This document shows, piece after piece, positions 1-11,366 of a stretch of 64,000 nt of DNA; position 1 is the first letter of the stretch, and each line of letters opens with the position of its first letter. The notes beneath the pieces were generated by a model that made no database searches, had not been told where the DNA came from, and saw nothing but the letters and a program-made list of their open reading frames with translations. The translations under genes and the position numbers were made by a program. Origin of the DNA: Botryllus schlosseri (lineage: Eukaryota); assembly GCA_051294905.1 (NCBI GenBank), contig CM119372.1, positions 9,736,001 through 9,800,000 of the forward strand, in the 5' to 3' direction.

Positions 1-482
1 CAAACTAAACATTTAGTTAGTTGACTGTCAACTAACTAACAGTTTTTTGAGTAGTTCTAGTTCTAGTTCTAGTTGCGGATTTTGAAAATTGCGTAGTTCT
101 AGTTCTAGTTCTAGTTGCGGATTTTGAAAATTTCGTAGTTCTAGTTCTAGTTGTAGTTGCAGATTTTGAAAATTCAGTAGTTCTAGTTCTAGTTTTAGTT
201 GCGCATTTCAAAAAAATATTAGTTGCTGAACAACTAGAAACACTCGTGTGTCCTGCGTGATGAGAACTCTCCTCGCGTGACAAGTGAGGTTACTGAGGGT
301 TAGTTAATACATTGATAATATATAGGTAATACATTGATTATGCCGAGTTCACTGATAACTCGGCTCAGTTACAACAATCGACAGTGCGCAGGGACACGAG
401 ATCTCCCGCTGAGGTTGTTTACTAATTGGAATGTGAACTAGTGATCTCCTGCTGTGCGCTGGCGAGTATTATCTCGGAACTA

Positions 483-1258
483 TAGGGCTGGGCACAATGA
501 ATCGAGTACTCGAATCAGAATCGAGTATTAATTTCGATGATTCGAGTCGAGTAGTAAACGGCGATTTTTTCGAGTACTGAAATTATACGCTCCTCGCCAC
601 TTCAAGTTAATTTACCAACAAGAATTATAGTTTTGATACTATTTTCCACAGAGGAAGCCTTGAAACCTTGATCGACTGTGTCGCAGCATACGAGACATAG
701 TACAAAGCTACGAACGTTACTGGAAATAACACATTTCCGAAGTCATGATCATCCCACAAGAGAGAGAGAGAGAGAGAGAGATGATATTCTTTTTCGCCTG
801 CACCATCGAGATGCTTTGACGACGGAGTTGCGATACGGCCCAATGAGGTCATCTAGTCTGCGCCCCCGTTTTTTTTCTCCTCCATGCTATCCGTGATTGC
901 TGAGCGCCTAGCAGGATAGCTGCGGGTACCAATTTTCGAGTCTTTGGTATGACCCGACCGGGAATAGAACCCACGACCTACCGCTCGAGAAGCCGGACGC
1001 ATAACCATTACGCTATCCCACAACATTGTCAAGATGTGCAAGGAAATCGGTATGGTCGAAAAAATACCAAAGTACCTTTGTAACGGATAACAGGCATTAT
1101 GTTCTTTGTGGTGGCATAAAAGGCACATATTCGAACATTGCCATATCGCATTCCGTTGTGACATCATAATGAGTGATACTCGAATACTCGACTCGACTCG
1201 AAGCGTAATACGTGATTCAGAATCGAATCACTCAGGTACTCGATTTTGCCCAACCCTA
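483..1258. mobile_element. hAT-like MITE (TAGGGCTGGGCA...TGCCCAACCCTA) nested in the 1-1745 element
   Basis: 12-bp TIR, ACTCGA/TCGAGT subterminal repeats, flanking direct repeat CTCGGAACTA at 473-482 and 1259-1268. Confidence 0.85.
760..1014 (-). mobile_element. tRNA-derived SINE family 1 with (CT)n tail, slightly 5'-truncated
   Basis: The minus strand has A-box TAGCGTAATGG and B-box-like GGTTCTATTCC. Highly similar to 17865-18133. Direct repeat ATCCCACAA at 751-759 and 1015-1023. Confidence 0.85.
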
Positions 1259-1269
1259 CTCGGAACTAA

Positions 1270-1384
1270 GAGGGCTTTCTCGGATGCTGGGATTTTGTAT
1301 TCCCCAAAGAGGGCAAAACTCAACGAAAAAACATTTTCGCTGTTGATTCGCTGCAATCAGCAACAGCTGCAGAAAATGGTTTAG
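1270..1384 (+). pseudogene. hAT transposase C-terminal dimerisation-domain remnant
   Basis: RAFSDAGILYSPKRAKLNEKTFSLLIRCN matches the hATC pattern ERxFSxAG...R..L. The preceding part (CALASIISE) lies just left of the MITE, at about 450-480. Confidence 0.7.
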
Positions 1385-1745
1385 TTTATCCTGTACTGAT
1401 TACAGATAGTTCTGTCTGTCTGATTTTTCAGTAATTTCGTTGTACCGACGTTCGTGTGGAAGGCTGGAACGCCGAATTCGAATAAAATAAAAATGAATGA
1501 CTTTATTGTGAATTAAATTTAGTTAGTTGTGTTTTAGTTAGTTAGTTGCCGATAATTAAATTTCATTAGTTCTAGTTCTAGTTCTAGTTGCGAGTTTTGA
1601 AAATTGAGTAGTTCTAGTTCTAGTTATAGTTGCGGAATTTGAAAATTGGGTAGTTCTAGTTATAGTTGCGAGTCTTAAAAATTGAATAGTTCTAGTTATA
1701 GTTCTAGTTGCGCTTTTTGAAAATTCAGTAGTTTGTACAAGTCTG

Positions 1746-2350
1746 CTCTAGGACGAACACAAATTAAGATATGATCGTATGAAGTTGTTCAACTCGAGAT
1801 TTTAAAAGGGTTAAGAGGCTGGTGCGGAGCAGCGAAACCACGTTTGATCGTAGTGCAACAGCGTTTGATGTTTTACAGTGGTTAGTTAATGCAAAGCTAC
1901 TTGATTCGACAACATATCTATGCTCGTGTCTGAAACTTTATCTGACCATTGGTGTTTCAATTGCGAGCTGTGTGAGGAGCTTCTCAAAGCTCAAACTGAT
2001 TAAGTCTTATTTACGTTCTACCATGAATGATTATCGACTATCAGATCTATCCATTCTGTCTATAGAAAGTTCAAAAACTTGAATTTGAGGATATTATCGC
2101 TGATTTTGCTTTGAGGCGGCTATTGATTTTCTATCTGCACAATACATTCGTTTGCTATTTCTTGTCTTTATTATTTTTGGCCTTACTAACGTCGAGACGG
2201 TGACGCGGCATATTATTTGTAATTATTTTTATTGACAAGATTGCTTGAATATGAATCTATGTCGAAATTTGCTGCGGTCTACTTAGGGGGGGGGGGGGGG
2301 GGCATTTTAGGCGAGAGCCAGGGGCGGCGGCACATGCTGCTACGCCAGTG
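1746..2350 (+). mobile_element. 3' end of a decayed ZMYM-type hAT transposon
   Basis: LKLYLTIGVSIASCVRSFSKLKLIKSYLRSTMNDYRLSDLSILSIE is a typical ZMYM/hATC C-terminus. The element ends in a hAT-like TIR, GCTACGCCAGTG. Confidence 0.8.
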
Positions 2351-3115
2351 ACTGTACCCGCTACTTCAGCATACTTCTACTCCAAACGAAATCCTTATCA
2401 CATAAATAGTGTACGCGGGGTCACGATCGAACCACACATAACTAAACTGAATGATTCGTAAAGGTACGGTGAACATATATATAGGCCTAGACCCCCAATC
2501 TCGTTTTGCGGATACAGAAATGTCTGTTGTATCACATATATCTAAAACTATGCCTTCTTGTATGCCTCAGTGTAGATCTTTACCTGGAGTAAAGGAGTCA
2601 CCCTTTGTAATGCGCAAACGCAATCAACAGTCAAGACGAACAACCACGCTCAGGATCAAAACTGTTCGTGCATGTGCAATTGTGCATTGTGCATTTACGC
2701 ATTAAATTCCAACAGAAGCTTGTCGTACGTGTTTGTCTACGAAGACCTAGGCAACAAAACCACCTAGCAGATCACTTCTGCTCTCAAAAACGACGAGAAT
2801 AGCGTGAACTAAAAGCCTGATCCTCGGCACGCTAATTCCCATCGCCCACAATAACTCGCATTGTCCAGATTGGTAAAATTTATAATTCTACAACGATTCA
2901 TATCCCGATACGCGCGCACGTTACAGAGCGACATATAGAAAAATTCAACATTCCCAGCACAAAATAGGGCGTAAAATAAGTGACGCAAGGCACACAATGC
3001 TGCGCGCGGAACAGAAAATTCCGCGGTACTGTATTCGGGCAAGCAGCGTCCAAGTCGATCGGCCGGTTTCCATATAAACATGAAAGAATACGAGTCCCAA
3101 TAGTGTATTATTACT

Positions 3116-3144
3116 TTAACCCATCAGAATTGACTTAATGAATG
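3116..3144 (-). CDS. Myosin light chain alternative C-terminal exon C3 (AFIKSILMG*)
   Basis: Strong acceptor TCTTTTTCCTTTTCAG, phase 1, 29 bp to the stop; homologous to ELC C-termini. Confidence 0.85.
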
Positions 3145-6100
3145 CTGAAAAGGAAAAAGAGAAACGGCGTTACTCGGGAGAAACTACGAGAGGAGGTGAC
3201 ATACGTGCATTCAGGCATGCATGCAAATCTCAAATCGGGCGAGCAAAACACTAGTATCATTTGTTGACTCGAGTCGAGCAGTGAGAGTTGATGTCTTCGA
3301 GAAACGAAACTACACGCCTTCAGATCAAGAATAATATTTCAAAGAAAAATATCATAGATTCAATACTGTACTAGAGCAACCAAATCTCGGCAAACCGTAG
3401 TTCACCAACGCATAACATATCGCACAATGCTACTAATATTCATAAGCGCCACGAAAATGCCATGTTCTAGAAATATCAAGTCTGACACTTGGCAGCGTCT
3501 TCGCAGTGGCCGAAAAAAGGCATATTTTAACCTATGAACTCATTATTGCTGTTATGGCATCATAAAAGGCGACACACGAATGCCCGCCGCTTAATACTCG
3601 AGTAGGAATCGAATCATTGAGACACTCGATGTTTGCCCAGCCCAGGGTTTTACATAATGATCTCATAGCGGTCAGTGGCTGACAAACAAGGCCGATACGA
3701 TGCAGTTAATGGCCACTCGCGACTGTAACGCCAGTCCAACCAGCCAGAACATGACCAAGCGCACAATAATATCACGAATGGATTTCGAGCCTGGCACATG
3801 CGCTTGACAGTTTGCAGAAGGGCTGTTCAAAAATAACTTTTTTTCTGGATTCCAGCCAGTCACTGATTAAATTGTCAGGTTACTCTATAAAACGCTGCAC
3901 ACCAAATTTGACTCAATCCCAACTCGTAGAGACGGAGTTATTTGAGTTTTTCGTTGGTAATTCTCGGATTATCCACCAATCAAGGGTAATCCGATAATTA
4001 TCAACGAAAAACTCAAATAACTCCGTTTCTACGAGTCGGAATTGAGTCAAATTTGTTTTGCATCGTCTTTGAAGACAGCTCAACAATTTCACGGGACTGA
4101 CAGAACAATTTGAATTTTTTTCCCAAATTTTTTCCTAATAGATTAAAAATTTTAATTCATCTGCGTTTTTTTAGGGTAACCTGACAATTTCATCAGTGAA
4201 TGGCTGGAATCCAGAAAAATAGTTTCGATCCAATTCATTCAAGCTAAAACGCTACGAAACTGTCAGACGCGCAGCAAAGTTGATTCCGGATGACAATCGT
4301 GCAGTAGGCTACATGCCCCGTCAGCGTCGAACATAGCTTAGCATGCACTGGATCAGATAGATTACAGACCGCATGACATAGAGCTTGTCCTATTCAGATT
4401 AGCGTGCGGCGCGCGCGGGTAAGTGTAGCTTTTAAAGGGGATATTAGATATAACTGATAAGAAAACCGGGAAGTAACGTAAAGCCGGGAAAGAAAGAATA
4501 AACAGAATCTCGTAAACGTAACCGGGCAACTAAAAACACGAGCCGCTAGCGAATTTGGTAACAAAACTCCTCATTGCAGATTCCATAAAAAAGTCGGGCA
4601 CATGTTCCCCTATCTCACGTACAAGCGCCGACAGTGCCTTCTTGCGGACGCGTCAATCAGTACGCCGGCAGTATCGTTTATCCGCTGCGAATCAATTTCG
4701 CGAGGTCTGCGCGTGACAAGCAATGACAATTAGCACGCTGGTGAGGTTTGAGTGTGACGCGACAGTGCGGGTTGACATGGCCGCGATGGGCGGCCGATAA
4801 CAATACGTACCGGGAAGAATCGAAGAAAGGCTTGGTGAGTGGGAAAGAAGAGAATTATCCTTCCAAGAGGTATTTGCTGAACTCTGACAGAGAAAGAATG
4901 AAGAGCGACTGACAGAATAATTCGCGAAGACAAGGTAAGCGGATCACACAGGCTCCGGACGACGGGCGCAGCCAAAACCAACTTACCGGTAGCTACTTTG
5001 GTACAGGGGTGGTCAAAGTAATGATTCTTGGCGCTCAAGTGCCAGTACAAGTAATGCTGTAAATCTATACTCAGTTGCAAGTAGTGATTTCCGAGATAAG
5101 TCAAAACTGCTTCAAGCGGAAGTAGAAAATCATGACCTGAAAGGTGCCATAGTGTTTTAAATGTAGCTTTGGCTGAGACGTCGCACACCTTAAGGGCGGA
5201 GATAATAAAGTTAGCTGATCCGGGAGAATACTAATCGTGTGATTAAAAACCGCTAATCGGGGCGCATTTTAGGCGGAGATAATTAAGTTAGCTGATCCGG
5301 AAGGACGCTAATCGTGTGATTAAATACTGCTAATCGCGACGCATAAATTAGGAAAAGGTTACGCGCGATGGTAAGTCGAGGTGTCCCGAGTTTTCAATCC
5401 AAGTGGCGTTATCTGTTGCATCATAATGCGAAAACGAGTTATAGGCTGTCAATTGTCAATTTGTTGAATGAAACAGCAGCCTGCTGATAACGATACTGCC
5501 ATTGTAATACGTAGAATTATCATCATCGCGAAATGAAAGCCCTGTCCAACTAGTACGGTACGGCTGAGAAACGGAATATAAAATATTGATAGCGCTCTGC
5601 AACGGTGGGTACAAAATTCGTAGATTGTTTAGTGAAGCCACTACCTAGGAGACAATCCACACGGTCGTTATCGGAAATATTTGTGCGTAGGAATGGTACG
5701 CATTGTACGCAGTTTTTTTCAACTAGTTATCTATAGTTTGTTCCGATTTGTTGAATCATGAGATTTGAACTAACTTAATGCGCGGCGATCAACCTGTTTC
5801 CTGGATCCTGGGTTGATAAATCCTGACGAACGCGATAATCGACTTTATTGCTAATTCAACTTTATTATCTCCGCCCTAAGTGGTCGATCGAAGTTGGCTA
5901 CTTTGAAATATTTGTTTCTTCGCGTCCAACGCAAAATGACAAATATATTCAGTTATCGCCATACAGGGGCAAATTCTTCTACTTTATCCATAATCTAACC
6001 ATAAACCCCAGGTGAAAATCAAAGTCTGCAAAGGACAACAACCTTCGTAAGTAACGCAAGTAGCTGAATCACACATCAGTCCCGAAAAATGTAGAGCTAC

Positions 6101-9100
6101 GTCGTTACTGACGCACTTTCCCTTTAATATTATGACGTCATCGACACACCACACGAAACGGGTATCCTGGAGTCGTGGATACAATTGAGTGCTGGCAACC
6201 CTCCTTTTTCCTACTACGCCGTCGCCCACGGCACGATCAAGAAATCGAAATTTCGGAAATCATGATCAATAGACAGCGCAAGCAATCGGAGGTGTCAAGA
6301 ACACCCAACAGTAATTACAATTCGCAGTCGCATTGCTACAGCATTCCAATTACAGCAAGCCCGAGATATTTACTCCGACAGCGCCAGCTCCTCGACATTC
6401 CTTATCCCTCCAGAACCGTTTTTACCAACACTACATGATAAAGAAACGAGATTCGTTCTCTCACAAAGCTCAAGTGGGCAAGCGATAAGAATTCCGAAGA
6501 AGCCTCTCGCCAGACGCCGACTCACCTTCGTAATTAATGCAACCGTTGGCGTCCTCTTGTCCTTGCAGCAGGTTTTCGACTTCTTCCTCTGACATTTTCT
6601 CGCCTGAAATATAACGCAAAAACGGGTTGCCAGAAACGCGAAGGCTACGCTAGGCTGACATACCGAGAGTGGAGAGGACGTGTCGCAGTTCGGCGCCGAG
6701 CACGGTGCCGTTGTTTTCTTTGTCGAAAACCCTGAGGCCTTCGACGAAGTCCTCGAACGAGCCGCGCTCCGTTTGCCTTTCGATTTGGGCGAGCATGGGC
6801 AAGAATTCGCTAAACGACACTTGTTTCGTCGAGAGCTCTGCAGGGACACGCGGAATGGATAATTACTCTCTGGGCCTAGGCGGGCGGAGTGCTATACAGT
6901 CATTGGATTCGGTGACGAGCGTGCTAAACCGATGACATGCAGTATACATGGGCTATGCCTGAATTCCAACTACCTAGATGTCACAGGGTGTAAACATCTC
7001 AAGGCTGGGCGCAATAATTCGAGGTTTACCAGAGAATTCCGCACCTGGCGACCACTGATCCTAACCATATTCCGAATACATTTATACATACATACATATT
7101 CGCTCATATTCCGTGAGACACTCATTTTCGAAATTTATTGCGACACTATCGACTCCTACCTTTCACAAGAATAATGGTTTTCTAATGACAAATTCGCGCA
7201 GTGCCGTACTCACTGTCAATTGATTCGACTACTGGAATCCGAAGCGAGTATGAATCGCAAAGAATACTCAATAATAAACTAGTTAGTAGTGACTATTTTT
7301 CCCCGAGTATAGTGAATGCCAGACACGGCCCTTGCGAATAGGCGTTACAAGATCAATTAGAATTTTAGTTTCGATGGCTTTCTCCCCGCCGCAGAAGCCT
7401 CGAAATCAAAAATCGGTTGCAACACAGTATCCAAAAAATCACAGCGCAAAGCTACGAACGTTAGCAGAAATGACATATCTGTAAAAGGTAGTGAGCAGTC
7501 CGCGACCTTCTGACAAAGCGCATCGAAACAGGCATAGTCGAAAAAACATCAACTTATCTTTAAGACGGTGCGTGACTTGGCTTGTTTTCTTTGCGCTCGG
7601 CTAAAAGGTACATATTTTGTCTTTGCTAATCGTAAACGTTGTCATGAATGAAGTAATAGTGAGTAACACTAGAACAGTCAAGTTAACTCGACGCCTAATA
7701 ACTCGATTCGGGTTATAATAATCGATTTTACTCGGGCCTGATGATGCACAAATTGATATTCGATTTCGTTCATAGCTCCAGCAAGACATACTTAGCCCCA
7801 GGAAAGGCCTACTTAGCGCATAGCGCCGTCGGGTATGGTCGTAACGAATGGCCCAACAGTATAAAAAACACCACGGCAGACATCAATCTATAAACACCAA
7901 TGCGCACACTTTACAGGCTAGGTATGAAGTAATGCAATATACCCTCCGGCGTGGGGTTGTTCAACACTTTGGCCACTTCCGCCTCGGTCGGATTCTGTCC
8001 CAACGCCCGGAACAGCGTCCCAACCATGTTCATTGCGATCTTGTCGTTGCCGGTGGTGTCCATCATGGCAAACGTCTCATGACAGTCTTTCGTGCATGCG
8101 AGCAGTGACAGTGAAGAGATGCGGGGTGATGTGCGTTCGTGTTCGCGAAAAGGATGGCGAATGTGCGTGAGGAAATAGCAAGGAACAAGAAAATTGAACA
8201 ACGTTACACGATATCAGAGGTGGTCATCTCATATTCATCGTTGGTACTCATGTAAAAAGTAATGTAAATTTCCACTCAAGTATCGATTTCCAAGTCAGTA
8301 ACGGTAGCGTAGTAGCCAAAACATCATCACCACTTGAACTGTTCGAGGCAAAATCTACTCCAGTCCTCCGAAAAAGTAGTACTTTCGTTACTGACCACAA
8401 AATCATAACCACTTGAAGATACTCTTGGAGGTATCAAACTTCAATATACAACTGAATAGTATATTCATATTGAAATAAACCCGAATATTTTCGGCCGACA
8501 CTCGTCTGCGGTAATCGTCAGCAACTAGTAAAGAATGTTCTTTCCGATTCTCCACTAGTTGCAGTCGATTACCCCTGACGAGTGTCAGTCGGATATTGTC
8601 GAGTATTTTTCAATATGAATGTGTCATTCAACTGTACAAGCACTCGAGGAATTATATCAGCTACATGGGTACTTCGAAAAAGTACAAGTACTTCGTCTGC
8701 ATGATATCAACAACCCATTTACCGTAACATAATTAATGGACAACGCACACATTCCGCGCTGTCGAATAGCGATCGTGACGAAAAATGAATCATGCCCCGG
8801 TGACGAGCGAACGTGCCACGCCGATTTCACGCAATACTTCACCCTCTTTTTTGGGGTTTCCGAGGACTTTGGACACGTCCGCGTTCGTGGGATTTTGACC
8901 GAGCGATCTTATGATATCGCCGACTTGATTCGCAAAAACCTTGCCGTCCGCGGCTCTGTCGAAGAGCTCGAAAGCCTCTTGACATTCTGACGCGTAAGCG
9001 AATATCAATGTTACAGTGCGTACGTGCGACTGTTGTACATATATGGTGTGTAGGAAACACGTCAGTGTAATAAAATAATGCCGTTGATTACTCCGCGCCG

Positions 9101-10979
9101 GAATACGGTGAATTAGTATTCAACGGACCTCTGTTGAAACAAACACGGCCAGTCTCGTAAACGAGAAGCCAATACCGAGAGTAGCTACTATGCGCTCCAC
9201 GCTTCAACGGCCGCGGCATACCAAATATGGAATGAGAGAGCCGAACGCGATCTCGGGAGCAAGGCTCAAAATGAGCAATTAAAGTAATCGGAATCATTGG
9301 TTGGGTACGATCGCGGACTAATGCGATTTTTTCCTAACCAAGGTCACAAATGTGATGATATGCGACCCTCATCAACTACTGAATATGTCAGCCGGCACCC
9401 TTAAGGCCTTACCTGCGATCCTGTCGTCACTGAAGTCAGCCTGCAGAAGAAATGCAGCATTTCAACGTTGATATATAAACCAACATTCTGTAATGGTACA
9501 GCACAAGATCCCAACACCGAATAGTTTCAAATTGTTCAAAAAATGAAATAAAATGAAATAAACACATTGTTAAAACTTTACTGCTATTGATGGTGTCCGA
9601 TTTTTTTGTCTGGCGAGGAATATGAATCACGTATACAACTGGCAAAAATAATCATAACTGGACTCTTCTAGGATATGGGTGGGCTTTTTTAGAAGGACAA
9701 AGAAAGGGCAAGGAAAATATTCTCAAGAACTGAGCAAATTATTGGACTGTAGAATTCAGATTCAATGCGACAAGTTCGATCAATTGATGCAATCACATCT
9801 GACAATTATGCTTTTGTATTGGGATGAGATAAGGAATCGAAGTTTGAGCACACAACCTAATAATTGTTGGCCATCAAAAAAATATTTGTTGGAATAGAAA
9901 AGACCGTCAGCAATTTGTAATTTATACTAGGCACCAATTTTTGTGCTATTTTGCAATAGTTGTTACTGATTAGATACTACAGAAACCATTTGAAGACCAA
10001 CGAGTACATTGTGCTTGGCCAGCTTGGTACATATGTATCCGCATAATGGTGGGGAACGGGAGCAGACTATCCTATTGTTATATAATATTAATTTGTCTAA
10101 TTGGTCTAACGGATCTAAATCACCAGGGCATAAATATTTAAGTTCACTCGGTAAACAGATAATTTTGAATACTTTCGCAACTTTGAGGGTTGGTAACTGA
10201 CTAATATCAATCTATTTTGTTGAACAGTGCATGCCAATCCCACGATGGTAGGTTACTGATGTTATTATCCTAAAGGGGCGTAAACATCACAAAGTCTGTA
10301 AGGATGTTAATACTCTAGTCGGCAATTTGAAAATAGTACTATCATTATTCTCGCCCGACTTGATGCCATTTTGTTGCTGGAAACTTTTTGCCTTATGGAA
10401 TTTTGTGTGATGAGCATAGAGATTGCATCTTTAATATCAGTGACGATGAACCATAAGGTACTTATACGATATCCCTCATATTTCAAATCCTTTTTATGAA
10501 AACTGATCCTCGACCAGCAAGCCATGCTTGAGTTTGTAATAATATTCATAAGCATGCATAGGCAATACGTTGCTCTCTTGTATATAATATCAAATTGCCG
10601 TTCAAGATAATCAAATAAGTGTTGAATAGTGAACATACAGAATATTTCAATGTTACAAGCCATTTTGAACTATATTTACAACTGTCATTCTATATTCTCA
10701 TTCACACACCACACTAATAATTATTCAGATATTTTATACCCAAAATATTCATACGGTTTATTATAGCCATACACAATGTTATCAACAACCTTGCTAATTT
10801 GCATTTAGAGCCATGCATGCACAAATTCACACTTTCGCCGGATGATAATAATTTAATACAATAGATCCCTTTGCATGCCCCATACCTATGATACAATTCG
10901 AAGACATCTGTTTTTTCAACAATTTATATCAATTCGAGATACCACAACTGCTGCTACATATAGAAGTCTGACTTACCAT
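3116..10979 (-). CDS. MYL6: Myosin essential (alkali) light chain, MYL6-like, alternatively spliced
   Basis: Exons: ATG 10977-10979; 9413-9440 (28 bp, ADFSDDRIA); 8843-8986 or 7943-8086 (144 bp); 6664-6837 (174 bp); 6526-6603 (78 bp); then 6402-6430, 4855-4883 or 3116-3144 (29 bp to the stop). All junctions are GT-AG and in phase. The motif [32 protein letters not shown] is present, and exon sizes match vertebrate MYL6 as recalled. Confidence 0.95.
3819..4225. mobile_element. Tc1/mariner-like palindromic MITE
   Basis: Starts AGGGCTGTTCAAAAA and has a long hairpin centred near 3980. Related copies at about 38040-38278 and 54813-55340. Confidence 0.6.
4855..4883 (-). CDS. Myosin light chain alternative C-terminal exon C2 (EFSKYLLEG*)
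   Basis: Acceptor CTTTCTCTGTCAG, phase 1, 29 bp to the stop, with a GTACGT donor after 4811. Same C-terminus as the Halocynthia smooth-muscle ELC as recalled. Confidence 0.9.
5194..5876. mobile_element. PIF/Harbinger-type MITE
   Basis: TIR GGGCGGAGATAATAAAGTT...AACTTTATTATCTCCGCCC flanked by TAA on both sides (5191-5193, 5877-5879); internal duplication of the left end. Confidence 0.85.
6402..6430 (-). CDS. Myosin light chain alternative C-terminal exon C1 (VLVKTVLEG*)
   Basis: First acceptor after the 78-bp exon, phase 1, 29 bp to the stop. Confidence 0.85.
6526..6603 (-). CDS. Myosin light chain constitutive exon (EF-hand 4 region)
   Basis: [29 protein letters not shown] and GTGAGT splice sites. 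Confidence 0.95.
6664..6837 (-). CDS. Myosin light chain constitutive exon (EF-hand 2-3 region)
   Basis: [61 protein letters not shown] and GTATGT splice sites. Confidence 0.95.
7943..8086 (-). CDS. Myosin light chain duplicated EF-hand-1 exon B
   Basis: [48 protein letters not shown]; 144 bp, phase 1-1, open frame, AAG and GTATAT splice sites. Confidence 0.85.
8445..8638. mobile_element. Hairpin MITE between the duplicated exons, inside a decayed CAGAGGTGGTC/AGTAGAAGT-family repeat
   Basis: Imperfect full-length inverted repeat (TATACAACTGAAT...ATTCAACTGTACA). A half copy at about 31795-31860 continues at 32126-32142. Confidence 0.65.
8843..8986 (-). CDS. Myosin light chain EF-hand-1 exon A
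   Basis: [48 protein letters not shown]; 144 bp, phase 1-1. Confidence 0.95.
9221..9234. promoter_or_regulatory. Intronic CArG box (SRF) overlapping an MCAT/TEAD-like site
   Basis: CCAAATATGG is a canonical CC(A/T)6GG and overlaps GGAATG, within an intron of a muscle gene. Confidence 0.45.
9413..9440 (-). CDS. Myosin light chain 28-bp exon 2
   Basis: [20 protein letters not shown] acceptor and GTAAGG donor. Confidence 0.92.
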
Positions 10980-11366
10980 ATTTCTATCGGTTTTAGGTAA
11001 TCCCACGAAAGATAATTTGCGGAGAAAGAATACACGCAACTACTCGGTCTACGACTTCTGGATCGGTATCTGATAACACGAAGCCTACGCTACGAAACGA
11101 AGTAAGTTTTCTCCTGGGAAAAAAGAACTTAGCCATTACAAACGATGGAACACAGTGTTCCCAATGTTCCAGTATCCTTTTTCATAAGAGACTAATTAAT
11201 GTGGTCATAACTTCGAATAGATTTTTTACACATAGGGTAATTGTTATCTATGTTTTGATAATACAAGTATTAAATTATTTCCCCTCTAAAGCTTGACTTG
11301 TTACGGATAATTTTTTCATCGGGCACATAGCCTACGCTTCGTCGATTTCTGTACTGGGTGGGTCTG

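Larger units (their letters stand above)
1..1745 (+). mobile_element. Non-autonomous hAT-derived element with (CTAGTT)n/TTTTGAAAATT subterminal arrays; left TIR cut by the window edge
   Basis: The same repeat array occurs at 50-240 and 1565-1730. The right end TAGTTTGTACAAGTCTG reverse-complements to CAGACTTGTA-CAAACTA, and the window begins CAAACTA. A hAT dimerisation remnant lies inside. Confidence 0.7.

Noticed and set aside
32..283. Thr/Arg-repeat ORF
   Set aside because: It is the translation of the (CTAGTT)n subterminal array of a transposon.
6370..6935. Overlapping ORF-track products across the light chain exons
   Set aside because: Alternative-frame or antisense shadows of the spliced CDS.
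7943..8086. A second, separate light chain gene
   Set aside because: No independent start exon or second set of 174- and 78-bp exons was found; best explained as an internal exon duplication.
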